From: Patescibacteria group bacterium
GTDB taxonomy: Bacteria; Patescibacteriota; WWE3; JAMCXX01
DNA: 64,000 nucleotides
Reading direction: 5' to 3'
NCBI GenBank assembly: GCA_023474425.1
Contig: JAMCXX010000002.1
Location: forward strand, 196,217 to 260,216
Part shown: positions 28,074-36,350 of the stretch, one piece after another
Numbering within the stretch: the first letter of the stretch is position 1
How the letters are laid out: each line of letters starts with the position of its first letter
Position numbers and translations under genes: made by a program
Notes under the pieces: generated by a model
What the model was told of the DNA's origin: nothing
Databases searched by the model: none
Seen by the model: only the letters and a program-made list of their open reading frames with translations

Positions 28074-28206
28074 TAAGCGCTGCGTCGCAGGTTCGAATCC
28101 TGCCACCGGAGCCATAAACCACTCACTTCGTTCGCTCATGGCTATAGCCATCGAGTAAAAACGAAGGGAGTCGAATGTGCTGAGCGAAGTCGAAGCACTA
28201 CCCTTT

Positions 28207-28393
28207 GTGTGCCACGTCTATATTCTTAGAACTTCCAATAACAGCCTTTACATAGGACAAACCTGTAATATCTATCACCAACCGAATTAAAGATCATCAA
28301 GGAGAAAAGGGAGCTAAATATGTTAAAGATGAAGGCAAGAATTATGTGCACAGCTATTAATCCGAGGATAAAGCAGGAAACTTCTACACCTAG
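28207..28393 (+). pseudogene. decayed GIY-YIG nuclease gene (frameshift plus stops)
   Basis: Frame 1 reads VCHVYILRTSNNSLYIGQT... and stops at 28288. The +1 frame continues IKDHQGEKGAKYVKDEGKNYVHSY*SEDKAGNFYT*. It resembles the intact GIY-YIG gene at 17925-18185 and likewise sits about 90 nt downstream of a tRNA. Confidence 0.5.
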
Positions 28394-28947
28394 TAGGCGC
28401 CGAAAACGTTTAATTGGCGAACGGTACTCATACACCCCTTTTTTGTTGCTGGTCTTGAATCAAGTATCTTTACTACGTCGTTCCCAAACTTTGAATAGAA
28501 CAAGCAAAATGAGAGAAAAGCCGATAAAGAAAATTGTAACAGATGACAATTCGGTCAGATTTGGGCAATCAATGAACCGTCAGGAAAAGCAATTGACAGG
28601 TCGTGATTCGTAACCGGGGTTTAAGTAATTTAATGTTAGTAATAAGAAAAACGGTATGGATAGAACCCAAACGGTAACGATTATTTTCTGTGTTGTGCCC
28701 ATAAACACTTAGGTATTGTTTAAACAAAAGAAGCAACAACCATCGTTGCTATCGGCGGTCGAGCTTAAAGACTTACGCACGGGTTGCCCCTTCGTATCTT
28801 GAAGTCCTGCGAATAAACGCTTTTGCGGGCGGATTAAGTTGTGAATATATTTTAACTTGTTAGTTTTAGATTATCAACGGCAATTAAGCAGGTGTGTAGC
28901 GAACGATTGCGAGATCTGACCTTATAGTGCTATCGTGTCTATGCTTT

Positions 28948-29649
28948 ATGACTTACAGTCAGTTGGTGAAAAAACTGAGAGAAATAAAAGAAAGAGGCTT
29001 TGTTAGGACCCACAGGGCTAATGACACCGGTATTGGAAAAACACTCGAGGACCTACTTGGAATAAAAGAGAACAATCTGAGAGTGCCGGATGTTGGTAAG
29101 GTTGAACTCAAAGCAAAAAGGTTAGGTTCTGGCAGTATGTTGACCTTAGCCACGAAATCCCCAGAACCTAAAGGTGCCAATAAGGCATTATTTGAGAGAT
29201 ACAAATACCTAGATGAGTTTGGATACTACAACCTTCATTCCACAATCTGCGGTTCTAAGTCTAATCCTCAAGGCTTCAAACTCGCTTTTAAGGATGGGAA
29301 GCTAATGATTGAAAATAGCGGAGACATCAATGTCTATTATCCATTATCAGTCTTCGCCGATGTTCTAGTTTCTAAATCAAATAAAATACTTCTCGTTTTT
29401 GCGGAAACTAAGGGTGAGCCCAAAACTCTTAATGAACGTTTCCACTTTGTGGAATCTTATTTGTTAGAGGGACTCGATTTCGATAAGTTCAAGAAGGCAG
29501 TGGAAAACGATAAATTAAAGGTAGATATCAGAATTGGTGTTTATAGAAGCGGAAAGTCAAAAGGCAAGTTCCACGACCACGGGACCGGATTGAGGATAAG
29601 TAAAAGGGATTTCTTGGAGCTATTCGCCAGTTATAAACAGATTATTTAG
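28948..29649 (+). CDS. BcnI/MvaI-family type II restriction endonuclease
   Basis: The first ATG is at 28948; the track GTG is at 28927. MTYSQLVKKLREIKERGFVRTHRANDTGIGKTLEDLLGIKENNLRVPDVGKVELKAKRLGSGSMLTLATKSP closely parallels the BcnI N-terminus as I recall it (VGQILERQFGVQENNITLGDLGEFELKGMR...SNLTLF). Confidence 0.7.
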   Translation: MTYSQLVKKLREIKERGFVRTHRANDTGIGKTLEDLLGIKENNLRVPDVGKVELKAKRLGSGSMLTLATKSPEPKGANKALFERYKYLDEFGYYNLHSTICGSKSNPQGFKLAFKDGKLMIENSGDINVYYPLSVFADVLVSKSNKILLVFAETKGEPKTLNERFHFVESYLLEGLDFDKFKKAVENDKLKVDIRIGVYRSGKSKGKFHDHGTGLRISKRDFLELFASYKQII

Positions 29650-31534
29650 TCTTCCTTAGTATTAGAATGCTCTCCTTGGTCATTGTTTCTTCGAGGGCCC
29701 CAACCACGTTAGTAGGTGAGTTCTTGCTTGGCATTCTTTTCCCAGGAATACTTCTAACGATAATGTCCTCGCACAAAAACCCAATGTTCTCCGCCAACTC
29801 CGTTATTATAAAGTCTGTGGGAACCCTGACCTGTTTAACTAGCCTGTTTCCTACAACAACACAAAAGTACTTATTGTCTTTAAGAATTCTGTGAGCTTGC
29901 CGGAGACATTCATCAAGACCTAGGTAGAAACTTAGTACATCTCTGGCTCTGGCCTTATCGCTTCGCTCTATCTGTGATAGGACCTCTTTTAGATATTCGG
30001 ACTTGAGATTGTGTTCCAGATCTTTGGTTGGTCGGCCGCCCAGTAATTCATTATCTACTTTGCTGGCAGTATTCGGATCATCAAACATGTCAATCCATTG
30101 AGCCGAAAGTCTGGAAAACTGCCCATAGGCAACAGTTGTTCGACTGTCTCCGTAGGGTGGCGAAGTAACGATAAGGTCAATGCTGTTTTTCTCAATAATC
30201 GTATCTTTTGAGGTATCACCGTGAATAACCTTTGCCCAAGTATTATTGTTAACGTCCTTGAAGAACTCCCCCATTCCCTTAATGTTTGACTCAGCCTTTT
30301 TTCTGAAGATTGACAGAACATTGGGATTATTTTGGTCTAGTTTCTCTGGATTTATACGAACCAGTTTAAACTCTCCGTTTTTGGTGTTTGACGAAAGTCT
30401 AACAGTCTCGCTAAAAGCAACCATGAAAAAGTTCCTAACCCCTTCGTCATGTATTTCTTTAATTGCTTTTTTAATTTTTCCTAACTCTATAACCACGCTA
30501 TCCTTGAACCAGAAATCTATATTTGTGAAATTAGGTCTTTGAGTATCGCTTTCTTTGACTTTGGTTATTCTATTCAACAAGTCGAGATATTCCTTTGTAA
30601 GGATAGATGGGTCAATCTCTGTAGTTTTCGCTTTGGCAAGAAAGACAGCTAAGGGATTAAGCTCTATGCCATAGGCATTTCTTCCAAGTAGCCGGCTTTC
30701 AACCAAAGCCGTACCGGAGCCGCAGAAAATATCGCAGATAGTATCACCTTTATGGCTGTACGTCTCAATCAATCTTCTAGCGATTTGAGGTATGAACATA
30801 GCGGGATAAGTGTGGAGACCGTGCGTATAAGATTTGGTTTCTTCGCCTCTGTAGTCCCACGAGTAGTCTATTCTCCTGTTCAATTTTGATTGGGAGTTTG
30901 TGGCTTGGTTGGACTGGAATTCGAGATTTCTTATAATCTTTACTACAACCCCTCTGACTTCTACGTCCTCTCTAAAAATTGGAAGCATGGTTGGATTGGC
31001 CGGTTGTAGCCTTATTCGGTTATCTTCCCTGTAAAACTTTTTAAGAGTTGCTTGGTCCTCATCAATAATGGCCACAACCGTCTGACCGTTATCCGCGACC
31101 TTTTGTTGACGTAAGACGACAGTATCCCCATCGGAAATTCCCTCGTTTATCATGCTGTTTCCTCTGACACGAAGGGCGTAATAATCACCAAATTTTCCCA
31201 GATTATCCCTTGTGATGGTGATAGTGTCGGTAGGGTTTTCTATAGCCTCAATTGGTTCTCCAGCGGCAATAGTTCCTATTACGGGGACTTCTAGGGTCTC
31301 CGTGTTTTTTTCGATAGGTGATATTCCACGGGCTTGGTTGTTCTCCTTTAAAAGAAAGCCCTTGTCCTTTAATGTTTTTACATATTGATGAATGGTAGAG
31401 ATGGCCTTAAGTCCGAAATGAGAACTGATTTCCTCAAGGGACGGGGCATAGCCTTTTTTCTTAGAGTGGGAGGTTATAAAGTCCAGCACCTTCTTCTGTT
31501 TTGGAGTTAAAAGTCTATTGACTCTTTTAGGCAT
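29642..31534 (-). CDS. LexA (wHTH + S24 peptidase) fused to an SPPY-type (probably N4-cytosine) DNA methyltransferase
   Basis: 630 aa. Residues 1 to about 205 align along the whole of E. coli LexA: LTPKQKKVLDFI, ARGI, the cleavage site IAAGEP, the Ser motif VRGNSM and the Lys motif ATLKKF. The C-terminal part has MTase motif I DIFCGSGTALVES and motif IV LIVTSPPYGD. It is convergent with the REase gene and overlaps it by 8 nt. Confidence 0.8.
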   Translation of the reverse strand: MPKRVNRLLTPKQKKVLDFITSHSKKKGYAPSLEEISSHFGLKAISTIHQYVKTLKDKGFLLKENNQARGISPIEKNTETLEVPVIGTIAAGEPIEAIENPTDTITITRDNLGKFGDYYALRVRGNSMINEGISDGDTVVLRQQKVADNGQTVVAIIDEDQATLKKFYREDNRIRLQPANPTMLPIFREDVEVRGVVVKIIRNLEFQSNQATNSQSKLNRRIDYSWDYRGEETKSYTHGLHTYPAMFIPQIARRLIETYSHKGDTICDIFCGSGTALVESRLLGRNAYGIELNPLAVFLAKAKTTEIDPSILTKEYLDLLNRITKVKESDTQRPNFTNIDFWFKDSVVIELGKIKKAIKEIHDEGVRNFFMVAFSETVRLSSNTKNGEFKLVRINPEKLDQNNPNVLSIFRKKAESNIKGMGEFFKDVNNNTWAKVIHGDTSKDTIIEKNSIDLIVTSPPYGDSRTTVAYGQFSRLSAQWIDMFDDPNTASKVDNELLGGRPTKDLEHNLKSEYLKEVLSQIERSDKARARDVLSFYLGLDECLRQAHRILKDNKYFCVVVGNRLVKQVRVPTDFIITELAENIGFLCEDIIVRSIPGKRMPSKNSPTNVVGALEETMTKESILILRKTK

Positions 31535-31600
31535 TAATATTATTATAAACCGAAGACTTTACGAAGGTCAAGGGGTATTTATTTAGGGGTGAGGAAAATT

Positions 31601-31912
31601 ATGGCAAATGCAAACACAGTTATCATTCAAGGATATACATTTCAGGGTCCATGGGGTATAGAAACGACGTTTATCGACGTGCCTGGGGTTTATGTGATCT
31701 ATACGAATCAGCATTGGTTGGATGTTGGGGAAACCGATAAGTTAGGTCAGCGAATCAACGGGAACAACCACAAGAGAAAGCCTGACTGGATTAGGAATGC
31801 TCAAAGTTACCCCATCTGGTTAGCCTTTCTGGGAATTTCAAGTCCTGAAGAGCGTAGGAGAATAGAGTCTCAACTTAGATTAGCGTTAAACCCCCTTTGT
31901 GGGGATAGATAG
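31601..31912 (+). CDS. small GIY-YIG-like domain protein
   Basis: 103 aa from ATG 31601; the track GTG is at 31589. PGVYVIYTNQHWLDVGETDKLGQRINGNNH supplies the GIY, YIG-like and R..H elements, and PEERRRIESQLRLALNP supplies the later Glu/Asn. The stop lies 2 nt before the next gene. Confidence 0.5.
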   Translation: MANANTVIIQGYTFQGPWGIETTFIDVPGVYVIYTNQHWLDVGETDKLGQRINGNNHKRKPDWIRNAQSYPIWLAFLGISSPEERRRIESQLRLALNPLCGDR

Positions 31913-31914
31913 CC

Positions 31915-33453
31915 GTGAAAATAAGATCACTCGAAATAACAAACTTTAAAAGGTTTACCGATTTAAAAGTAACTGTTGGGAACGCTACTCAGAAATTGGT
32001 TGTGTTGATCGGCCCCAACGGCTCTGGTAAAAGTTCTATATTCGATGCTTTTGAGCAGATCGGCGGGAGGCAAAAACCTGGATTTGGCGAAGATCAGACT
32101 TACCTGAGGAAAAATCAGGCCCTAGATTGGACGGTGGTGATTGACAGCGACTTAGGAATTTTCACAAAAATTGCCCCAACTCCCAGGAGCCATTTCTATT
32201 TAAGATCTTCTTACAGATTTGATCCTGATTTCCAGAGTGGGTCCATACAACGGAAGGACGAGTTGTTAGGGGATTCTTTAAGGCCAAAGAAGATGATTGA
32301 ACTAGATAAACGAGTTCAAGATAACTACGAAAGATTAGTGGGAACAACGGTAGACGCTCTTTACTCTAAAACTAAAGATTCACTTACAGTTGGGCAACTT
32401 AGGGAAGAATTGATCGGAAAGGTACGCGAAAGGATGCAAAAAGTTTTCCCCGACTTAATGCTAGAGGGGCCAGGGAATCCATTGGTTGAAGGACAGTTTT
32501 TCTTTACAAAGGGTAATTCTCAACACTTCCCATATAAGAATCTGTCTTCAGGAGAAAAGGGTGCCTTTGATATCTTACTAGATTTGATTATAAAAACTCA
32601 GGAATTTAATAACACTGTGATCGCAATTGATGAACCAGAACTCCATATGCATTCTGGGTTGCAGAGAGCCCTGCTTAAGGAGGTTTACGACTTGGTACCT
32701 AACGCATGCCAACTTTGGGTAGCCACACACAGCATAGGCTTTATTCGTGGTTCCTTAGAACTTCTAAGGGCTTATCCCGATGAAGTCGCTTTGCTAGATT
32801 TCTCGGACGTTGATTTTGACCAGCCACAAAATATTAAACCCATTCCTCCAACCGTCGAGAGAATAAGAAAGATATTTGAAGTAGCAATAGAAGATCTAGC
32901 AAACATGTTAGTCCCTTCCAAAATCATTATTTGTGAAGGCTCGCTGATTGCACCAAACGATTCTCCAAAAAAAGAGTTTGATACAAAGATTTTCAGTATA
33001 ATATTCGGTGGTGAGGATGTTTTATTTATTTCAGGGAATAGTAAATCCGCAGCACAAAAATCAGCAGAGCTCCTCCTTAAAATTGTTCAGCAATCTGGTT
33101 CCGTTAGAAACATTCAAAGTATCGTTGATAGAGATAGTCTGACGCAACAACAGATAGACGAGTTTAAAAAGCAAAGTCAAAGTCAGAGGTTTTTATCCAG
33201 AAAAACAATAGAGAATTATTTATTGGATTCTGAGATCATCGATAAATACTGCAACTGTCATAACATTGCTACTGCCAACGTTACATCGAGACTGGCGAAC
33301 ACCATTGATGATGATGCGAAAAGGATTCAGTCAGCGGTGATGCAGCAATGTTCTTATAGCGGAAATGTGGAAGATTTTAAACTGGAATTGGCCAAATGTG
33401 TTTCACCGGACACACAGGTTTATAAACAACTAAAACAAGACATTGATATATAG
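31915..33453 (+). CDS. ABC-type (AAA_21-like) ATPase fused to DUF4435/TOPRIM-like domain (OLD/PARIS-like defence protein)
   Basis: 512 aa with Walker A GPNGSGKSS, signature-like LSSGEKGAF, Walker B VIAIDEPELHMH and H-loop WVATHS. The C-terminal 200 aa carries KIIICEGS...D, SIVDRDSL and TIENYLLDSEII, matching the DUF4435 pattern (xEG, DRD, ENYL) as I recall it. Confidence 0.6.
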   Translation: MKIRSLEITNFKRFTDLKVTVGNATQKLVVLIGPNGSGKSSIFDAFEQIGGRQKPGFGEDQTYLRKNQALDWTVVIDSDLGIFTKIAPTPRSHFYLRSSYRFDPDFQSGSIQRKDELLGDSLRPKKMIELDKRVQDNYERLVGTTVDALYSKTKDSLTVGQLREELIGKVRERMQKVFPDLMLEGPGNPLVEGQFFFTKGNSQHFPYKNLSSGEKGAFDILLDLIIKTQEFNNTVIAIDEPELHMHSGLQRALLKEVYDLVPNACQLWVATHSIGFIRGSLELLRAYPDEVALLDFSDVDFDQPQNIKPIPPTVERIRKIFEVAIEDLANMLVPSKIIICEGSLIAPNDSPKKEFDTKIFSIIFGGEDVLFISGNSKSAAQKSAELLLKIVQQSGSVRNIQSIVDRDSLTQQQIDEFKKQSQSQRFLSRKTIENYLLDSEIIDKYCNCHNIATANVTSRLANTIDDDAKRIQSAVMQQCSYSGNVEDFKLELAKCVSPDTQVYKQLKQDIDI

Positions 33454-33474
33454 ATATAAGGAGGTGAAAAAATA

Positions 33475-33786
33475 ATGGATTTAAAAAATATTCAGCCGGA
33501 GCATATATTGTCATTTTTAATATTCTTTATTGGAACTTTAGGACTGGTTGTTTTAAACGCTTGGTATGCCAATATATTTAAGGTCGGAGCGGAGAAAGAT
33601 GCGGCGGTAAGTGTTAAGGAGGCAGGAATAACTTTTGTGTCAGGCCACTTTCTCGCTTTCTTTGTTTTGCCCTTCGCCATAGTTGTTGGAGCTTCCTTAG
33701 CGATCCTGGGCAAACTTGATTCAGGCGTATCAGCAATTATTGGTGTTGTCATTAGCTATATTGTGCAGAAAGTAAATATCAGATAA
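33475..33786 (+). CDS. small three-TM membrane protein
   Basis: 103 aa with a strong SD (taAGGAGGtgaaaaaataATG). TM helices are ILSFLIFFIGTLGLVVLNAWY, FLAFFVLPFAIVVGASLAILG and AIIGVVISYIV. Confidence 0.55.
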   Translation: MDLKNIQPEHILSFLIFFIGTLGLVVLNAWYANIFKVGAEKDAAVSVKEAGITFVSGHFLAFFVLPFAIVVGASLAILGKLDSGVSAIIGVVISYIVQKVNIR

Positions 33787-33834
33787 TTGCCTATCCAGTG
33801 AGCCTGCCCAAAATTGGGGATAGATTATTTTTCT

Positions 33835-34566
33835 ATGAATATTGATTGGGAAATAACAGAAGAAGATATTAATAAAGTTAAAACTATCGTTGAAGAACAA
33901 AAAAATAGACCGTTCGTCCTAAATAGGTTTAAAAGGAATATTGAAAAAATTGGAATCAATATTTCAGAAGAAAGCTTATGGAAGTTCCTATTACAGGCAT
34001 TACTTACTACTCAAGAGAAGTCGGGTCCTGGGTCCTCAGTGGACAATTTATCTAACGAAAGACCTTTTCCTCTAAGTATGTCCGAAATTAGTACTAAGGA
34101 CGACAAGCGGGCTTATATTTTAGATGTACTAAAAAACCACAGACTTCGATATTACAACAATAAAACAGACTGGATATTTCATGATTACACTATACTAACT
34201 CAAGAATCTATTAAGGCATTGATTAAAAATCTGACCAGTCTTATTGGCAATGATTCTATGCAGCTTGAAAGAGCAGCCGTCCATCAAATAGCTGACAAAT
34301 TTAAGGGCATTGGACCAAAACAATCGAGAAACTTTTTACAACAGCAAGGATTAACAAAATATGTCCTACCTATCGATAGCAGACTAACCAAGTGGTTTAA
34401 CGATAATAAACTATTTCCATTTGCTATTGACCCAAGCTCTTTATCAAGCATTAACTTTTATGAGTTTATAGAGGATGGGGTGTATAGGTTGTGTGAACAA
34501 GCTAACATTTACCCCTGCATTTTAGACGCTTGTATATTTGTGAGTTTCAATAAAGGTGATTATTAA
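33835..34566 (+). CDS. HhH-GPD superfamily (Ogg2/AGOG-like) DNA glycosylase-like protein
   Basis: 243 aa from ATG 33835; the track TTG is at 33814. The helix-hairpin-helix region FKGIGPKQSRNFLQQQGLTKYVLPIDSRLTKW resembles GIGxKxASxFLRxxGxxxxxILDxH of archaeal-type Ogg enzymes. Confidence 0.45.
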   Translation: MNIDWEITEEDINKVKTIVEEQKNRPFVLNRFKRNIEKIGINISEESLWKFLLQALLTTQEKSGPGSSVDNLSNERPFPLSMSEISTKDDKRAYILDVLKNHRLRYYNNKTDWIFHDYTILTQESIKALIKNLTSLIGNDSMQLERAAVHQIADKFKGIGPKQSRNFLQQQGLTKYVLPIDSRLTKWFNDNKLFPFAIDPSSLSSINFYEFIEDGVYRLCEQANIYPCILDACIFVSFNKGDY

Positions 34567-34639
34567 ACTAATTTTTTTTTGAACCAAAATAGCGACCTAT
34601 ACCCGTTCCGTTCTATAACTAAATAGGGAGGTTTCAACA

Positions 34640-34918
34640 TTAGGTTTTCTTAGTACTTCTACTTATGAGTATGAGTATTAAAAATGTGAGAAACGATCCC
34701 AAGAAGCCCGCTTCTAAAGATACCCTCAAAGGTTCGTATTTGTTGCTTACGAATTGTAACGCTTTCCAATCGATTAAAGTCGCGAGCCAGTCCGTGACAT
34801 TCACAAAAGGTATATTTACAAATGCTACCAGCAGGGCTATTCCGCATGAGAAAAGAAACCCATTCACTAAATTTTCAACAAGACTCTTCGAGAACAATGT
34901 GTTGTTTTGCTCGTCCAC
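34640..34918 (-). CDS. small two-TM membrane protein
   Basis: 92-aa ORF in the AT-rich island with helices FLFSCGIALLVAFVNIPF and FLGSFLTFLILILI. No family recognised. Confidence 0.35.
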   Translation of the reverse strand: MDEQNNTLFSKSLVENLVNGFLFSCGIALLVAFVNIPFVNVTDWLATLIDWKALQFVSNKYEPLRVSLEAGFLGSFLTFLILILISRSTKKT

Positions 34919-35114
34919 CTCTTAATTCTATTGCTAAATAGCATACCGGGGCAAATTAGTGATGTTTACCTTATTGCTGGGAAATCAAACTAAAAACCTT
35001 ATCTTTTCTAGCCCCTCTCTTATATCCTGTACCAACTTAAAGTCCTCAAATACCTGTATGATACCGTTAAGATATGTGGTTCTAAGGTTACGTCCCTCGA
35101 GCCAAATTGGGTAG

Positions 35115-35402
35115 CTAGTTAATGGTATTTTTGGAAGACTTTCCGTAGCGGAACCAACCTACTAATATTACCGTTCCAAGGATAACTCCTAATATATTGG
35201 GGATCATGACCGGCGGACTTTTCAATTCCAACCCGTAGAGAATCCAAACGGATGACCCGAACACCATTATTACATACGATGTGGGAGCAATATCCCTAGC
35301 GCTCTTTGTCCGGAAAATTTTAATTGCCTGAGGAAGACTCCCCAATCCCAAAAGAACGCCCGTTATTGTTGCCAGGCCTGCGAGTATTGTCATTAAATTC
35401 AA
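35115..35402 (-). CDS. SemiSWEET (PQ-loop) sugar transporter
   Basis: 95 aa with three TM helices and the PQ motif GSLPQAIKIFRTKSARDI. Confidence 0.75.
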   Translation of the reverse strand: MNLMTILAGLATITGVLLGLGSLPQAIKIFRTKSARDIAPTSYVIMVFGSSVWILYGLELKSPPVMIPNILGVILGTVILVGWFRYGKSSKNTIN

Positions 35403-35553
35403 TTTATCACGGGCCGAAAGCCTTGTATATTGCCTCTAGGCGGTCGCGCCAGCGACAAATTCCTACGGTTTTAGTTCCTTCGTGGGCGGACGAATTTTTA
35501 ACGCTGGGTTCGGTAACTTTCCGGTCGGCAGCAAATTTGCTATTGTCAAAGTG

Positions 35554-35832
35554 ATGAAAAAGAGGATAATCTTCGGTTTAATTACGGCGGCGTTAGTTCT
35601 AATTTTGGCCCTGGGGGTCAACCAATTTTTGGTTTTGCGAAAGGCCCACAGCACGTTTAATAATTATTACGCCTTCCGCGGCTGTGAAAAACTTTTGGAA
35701 AAAACTTCTGACTTTGGCACGTGTCAGACGGCCAACGGCCGGACCATTAAAATCGTCAAATTCCACGACAAGTGGTATTTAGAGGGTGACCTCCCCTGGG
35801 CCTGTTTAGGTAACGTCTGCTTCGGTTTGTAA
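35554..35832 (+). CDS. small signal-anchored protein
   Basis: MKKRIIFGLITAALVLILALG is followed by a Cys-containing soluble part. The track ORF begins earlier at 35482, but its N-terminal extension looks non-coding. Confidence 0.5.
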   Translation: MKKRIIFGLITAALVLILALGVNQFLVLRKAHSTFNNYYAFRGCEKLLEKTSDFGTCQTANGRTIKIVKFHDKWYLEGDLPWACLGNVCFGL

Positions 35833-35883
35833 TTTCTCGTATCCACCTTAAGAATTTCAACAGAATTGCCAGTCGAACGTAAC

Positions 35884-35911
35884 TTGCTGTATGGCGTGCT
35901 ATCTATATAAT
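35884..35911 (+). promoter_or_regulatory. sigma-70-type promoter of the GC-richer small-gene cassette
   Basis: TTGCTG at 35884-35889 is followed by a 16-nt spacer and TATAAT at 35906-35911, 54 nt upstream of ATG 35966. That start has the SD GGAAAGGAGAAGGAG. Confidence 0.5.
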
Positions 35912-35965
35912 AGGTACAACTCTTAACTGCCTCTGCAACCAAAAAACCTCGGAAAGGAGAAGGAG

Positions 35966-36343
35966 ATGTCCAAACAACTGCTTAAAGTTTTCTTTGGTGA
36001 TGGTCTGCTCGCGGTAACTTTAACCGACGAAAAGACCCAAACCTTGCGCTGGTATCGTCCGGAAGCGCACGCCCTTAAAAAGGGGCAAAGATTTCTCGCC
36101 GTCTTTGCCGAAGGTTACACCATTCTTTGCGAAGCGACAGCTGACACCGTCGTCAAGCCGTTTTCGAAGCTCACCGGCGAAGATGTTCGAGGCAGCGGCT
36201 ATCTGACGGCTGAGGAAGCTTTTGCTGACCTTCGCGACCACTATTACGCCGGCAAGGGGCTCAAAGAATCTTATCCGGCCGGCATCATTAGCTACCGCAT
36301 AGCCCAAATTGGCGGCGTTCCGGTTATAAGCCTTAACGAGTAG
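35966..36343 (+). CDS. ASCH/PUA-like domain protein (tentative)
   Basis: 125 aa with a strong SD. The pattern KTQTLRWY...LKKGQRFLAVF...ILCEATADTVVKPFSKLTGEDVRGSGY...AEEAFADLRDHY...AGIISYRI resembles ASCH domains. Confidence 0.4.
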   Translation: MSKQLLKVFFGDGLLAVTLTDEKTQTLRWYRPEAHALKKGQRFLAVFAEGYTILCEATADTVVKPFSKLTGEDVRGSGYLTAEEAFADLRDHYYAGKGLKESYPAGIISYRIAQIGGVPVISLNE

Positions 36344-36350
36344 GGATCGG

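Larger units (their letters stand above)
27502..28114 (+). tRNA. intron-split tRNA, best read as tRNA-Asn(GUU); alternative splice registers give Thr(UGU/GGU)
   Basis: The 5' half at 27502-27535 is TCCGGTG-TA-GCTC-AGTGGTA-GAGC-G-AGCGC-CTGT. The 3' half at 28074-28114 is TAA-GCGCT-GCGTC-GCAGG-TTCGAAT-CCTGC-CACCGGA-G-CCA. All four stems pair only if 538 nt are removed. U1:A72 plus G73 matches tRNA-Asn. Confidence 0.8.

Noticed and set aside
27936-28151. 71-aa minus-strand ORF
   Set aside because: It overlaps the group I intron catalytic core and the tRNA 3' exon, so it is an artefact of structured RNA sequence.
31535-31600. Search for LexA/SOS-box-like palindromes in the divergent promoter region, and at 28850-28947 upstream of the REase
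   Set aside because: Only a trivial TAATATTA palindrome and a direct CGAAG repeat were seen. There is no CTGT-N8-ACAG or GAAC-N4-GTTC box, so no operator is claimed.
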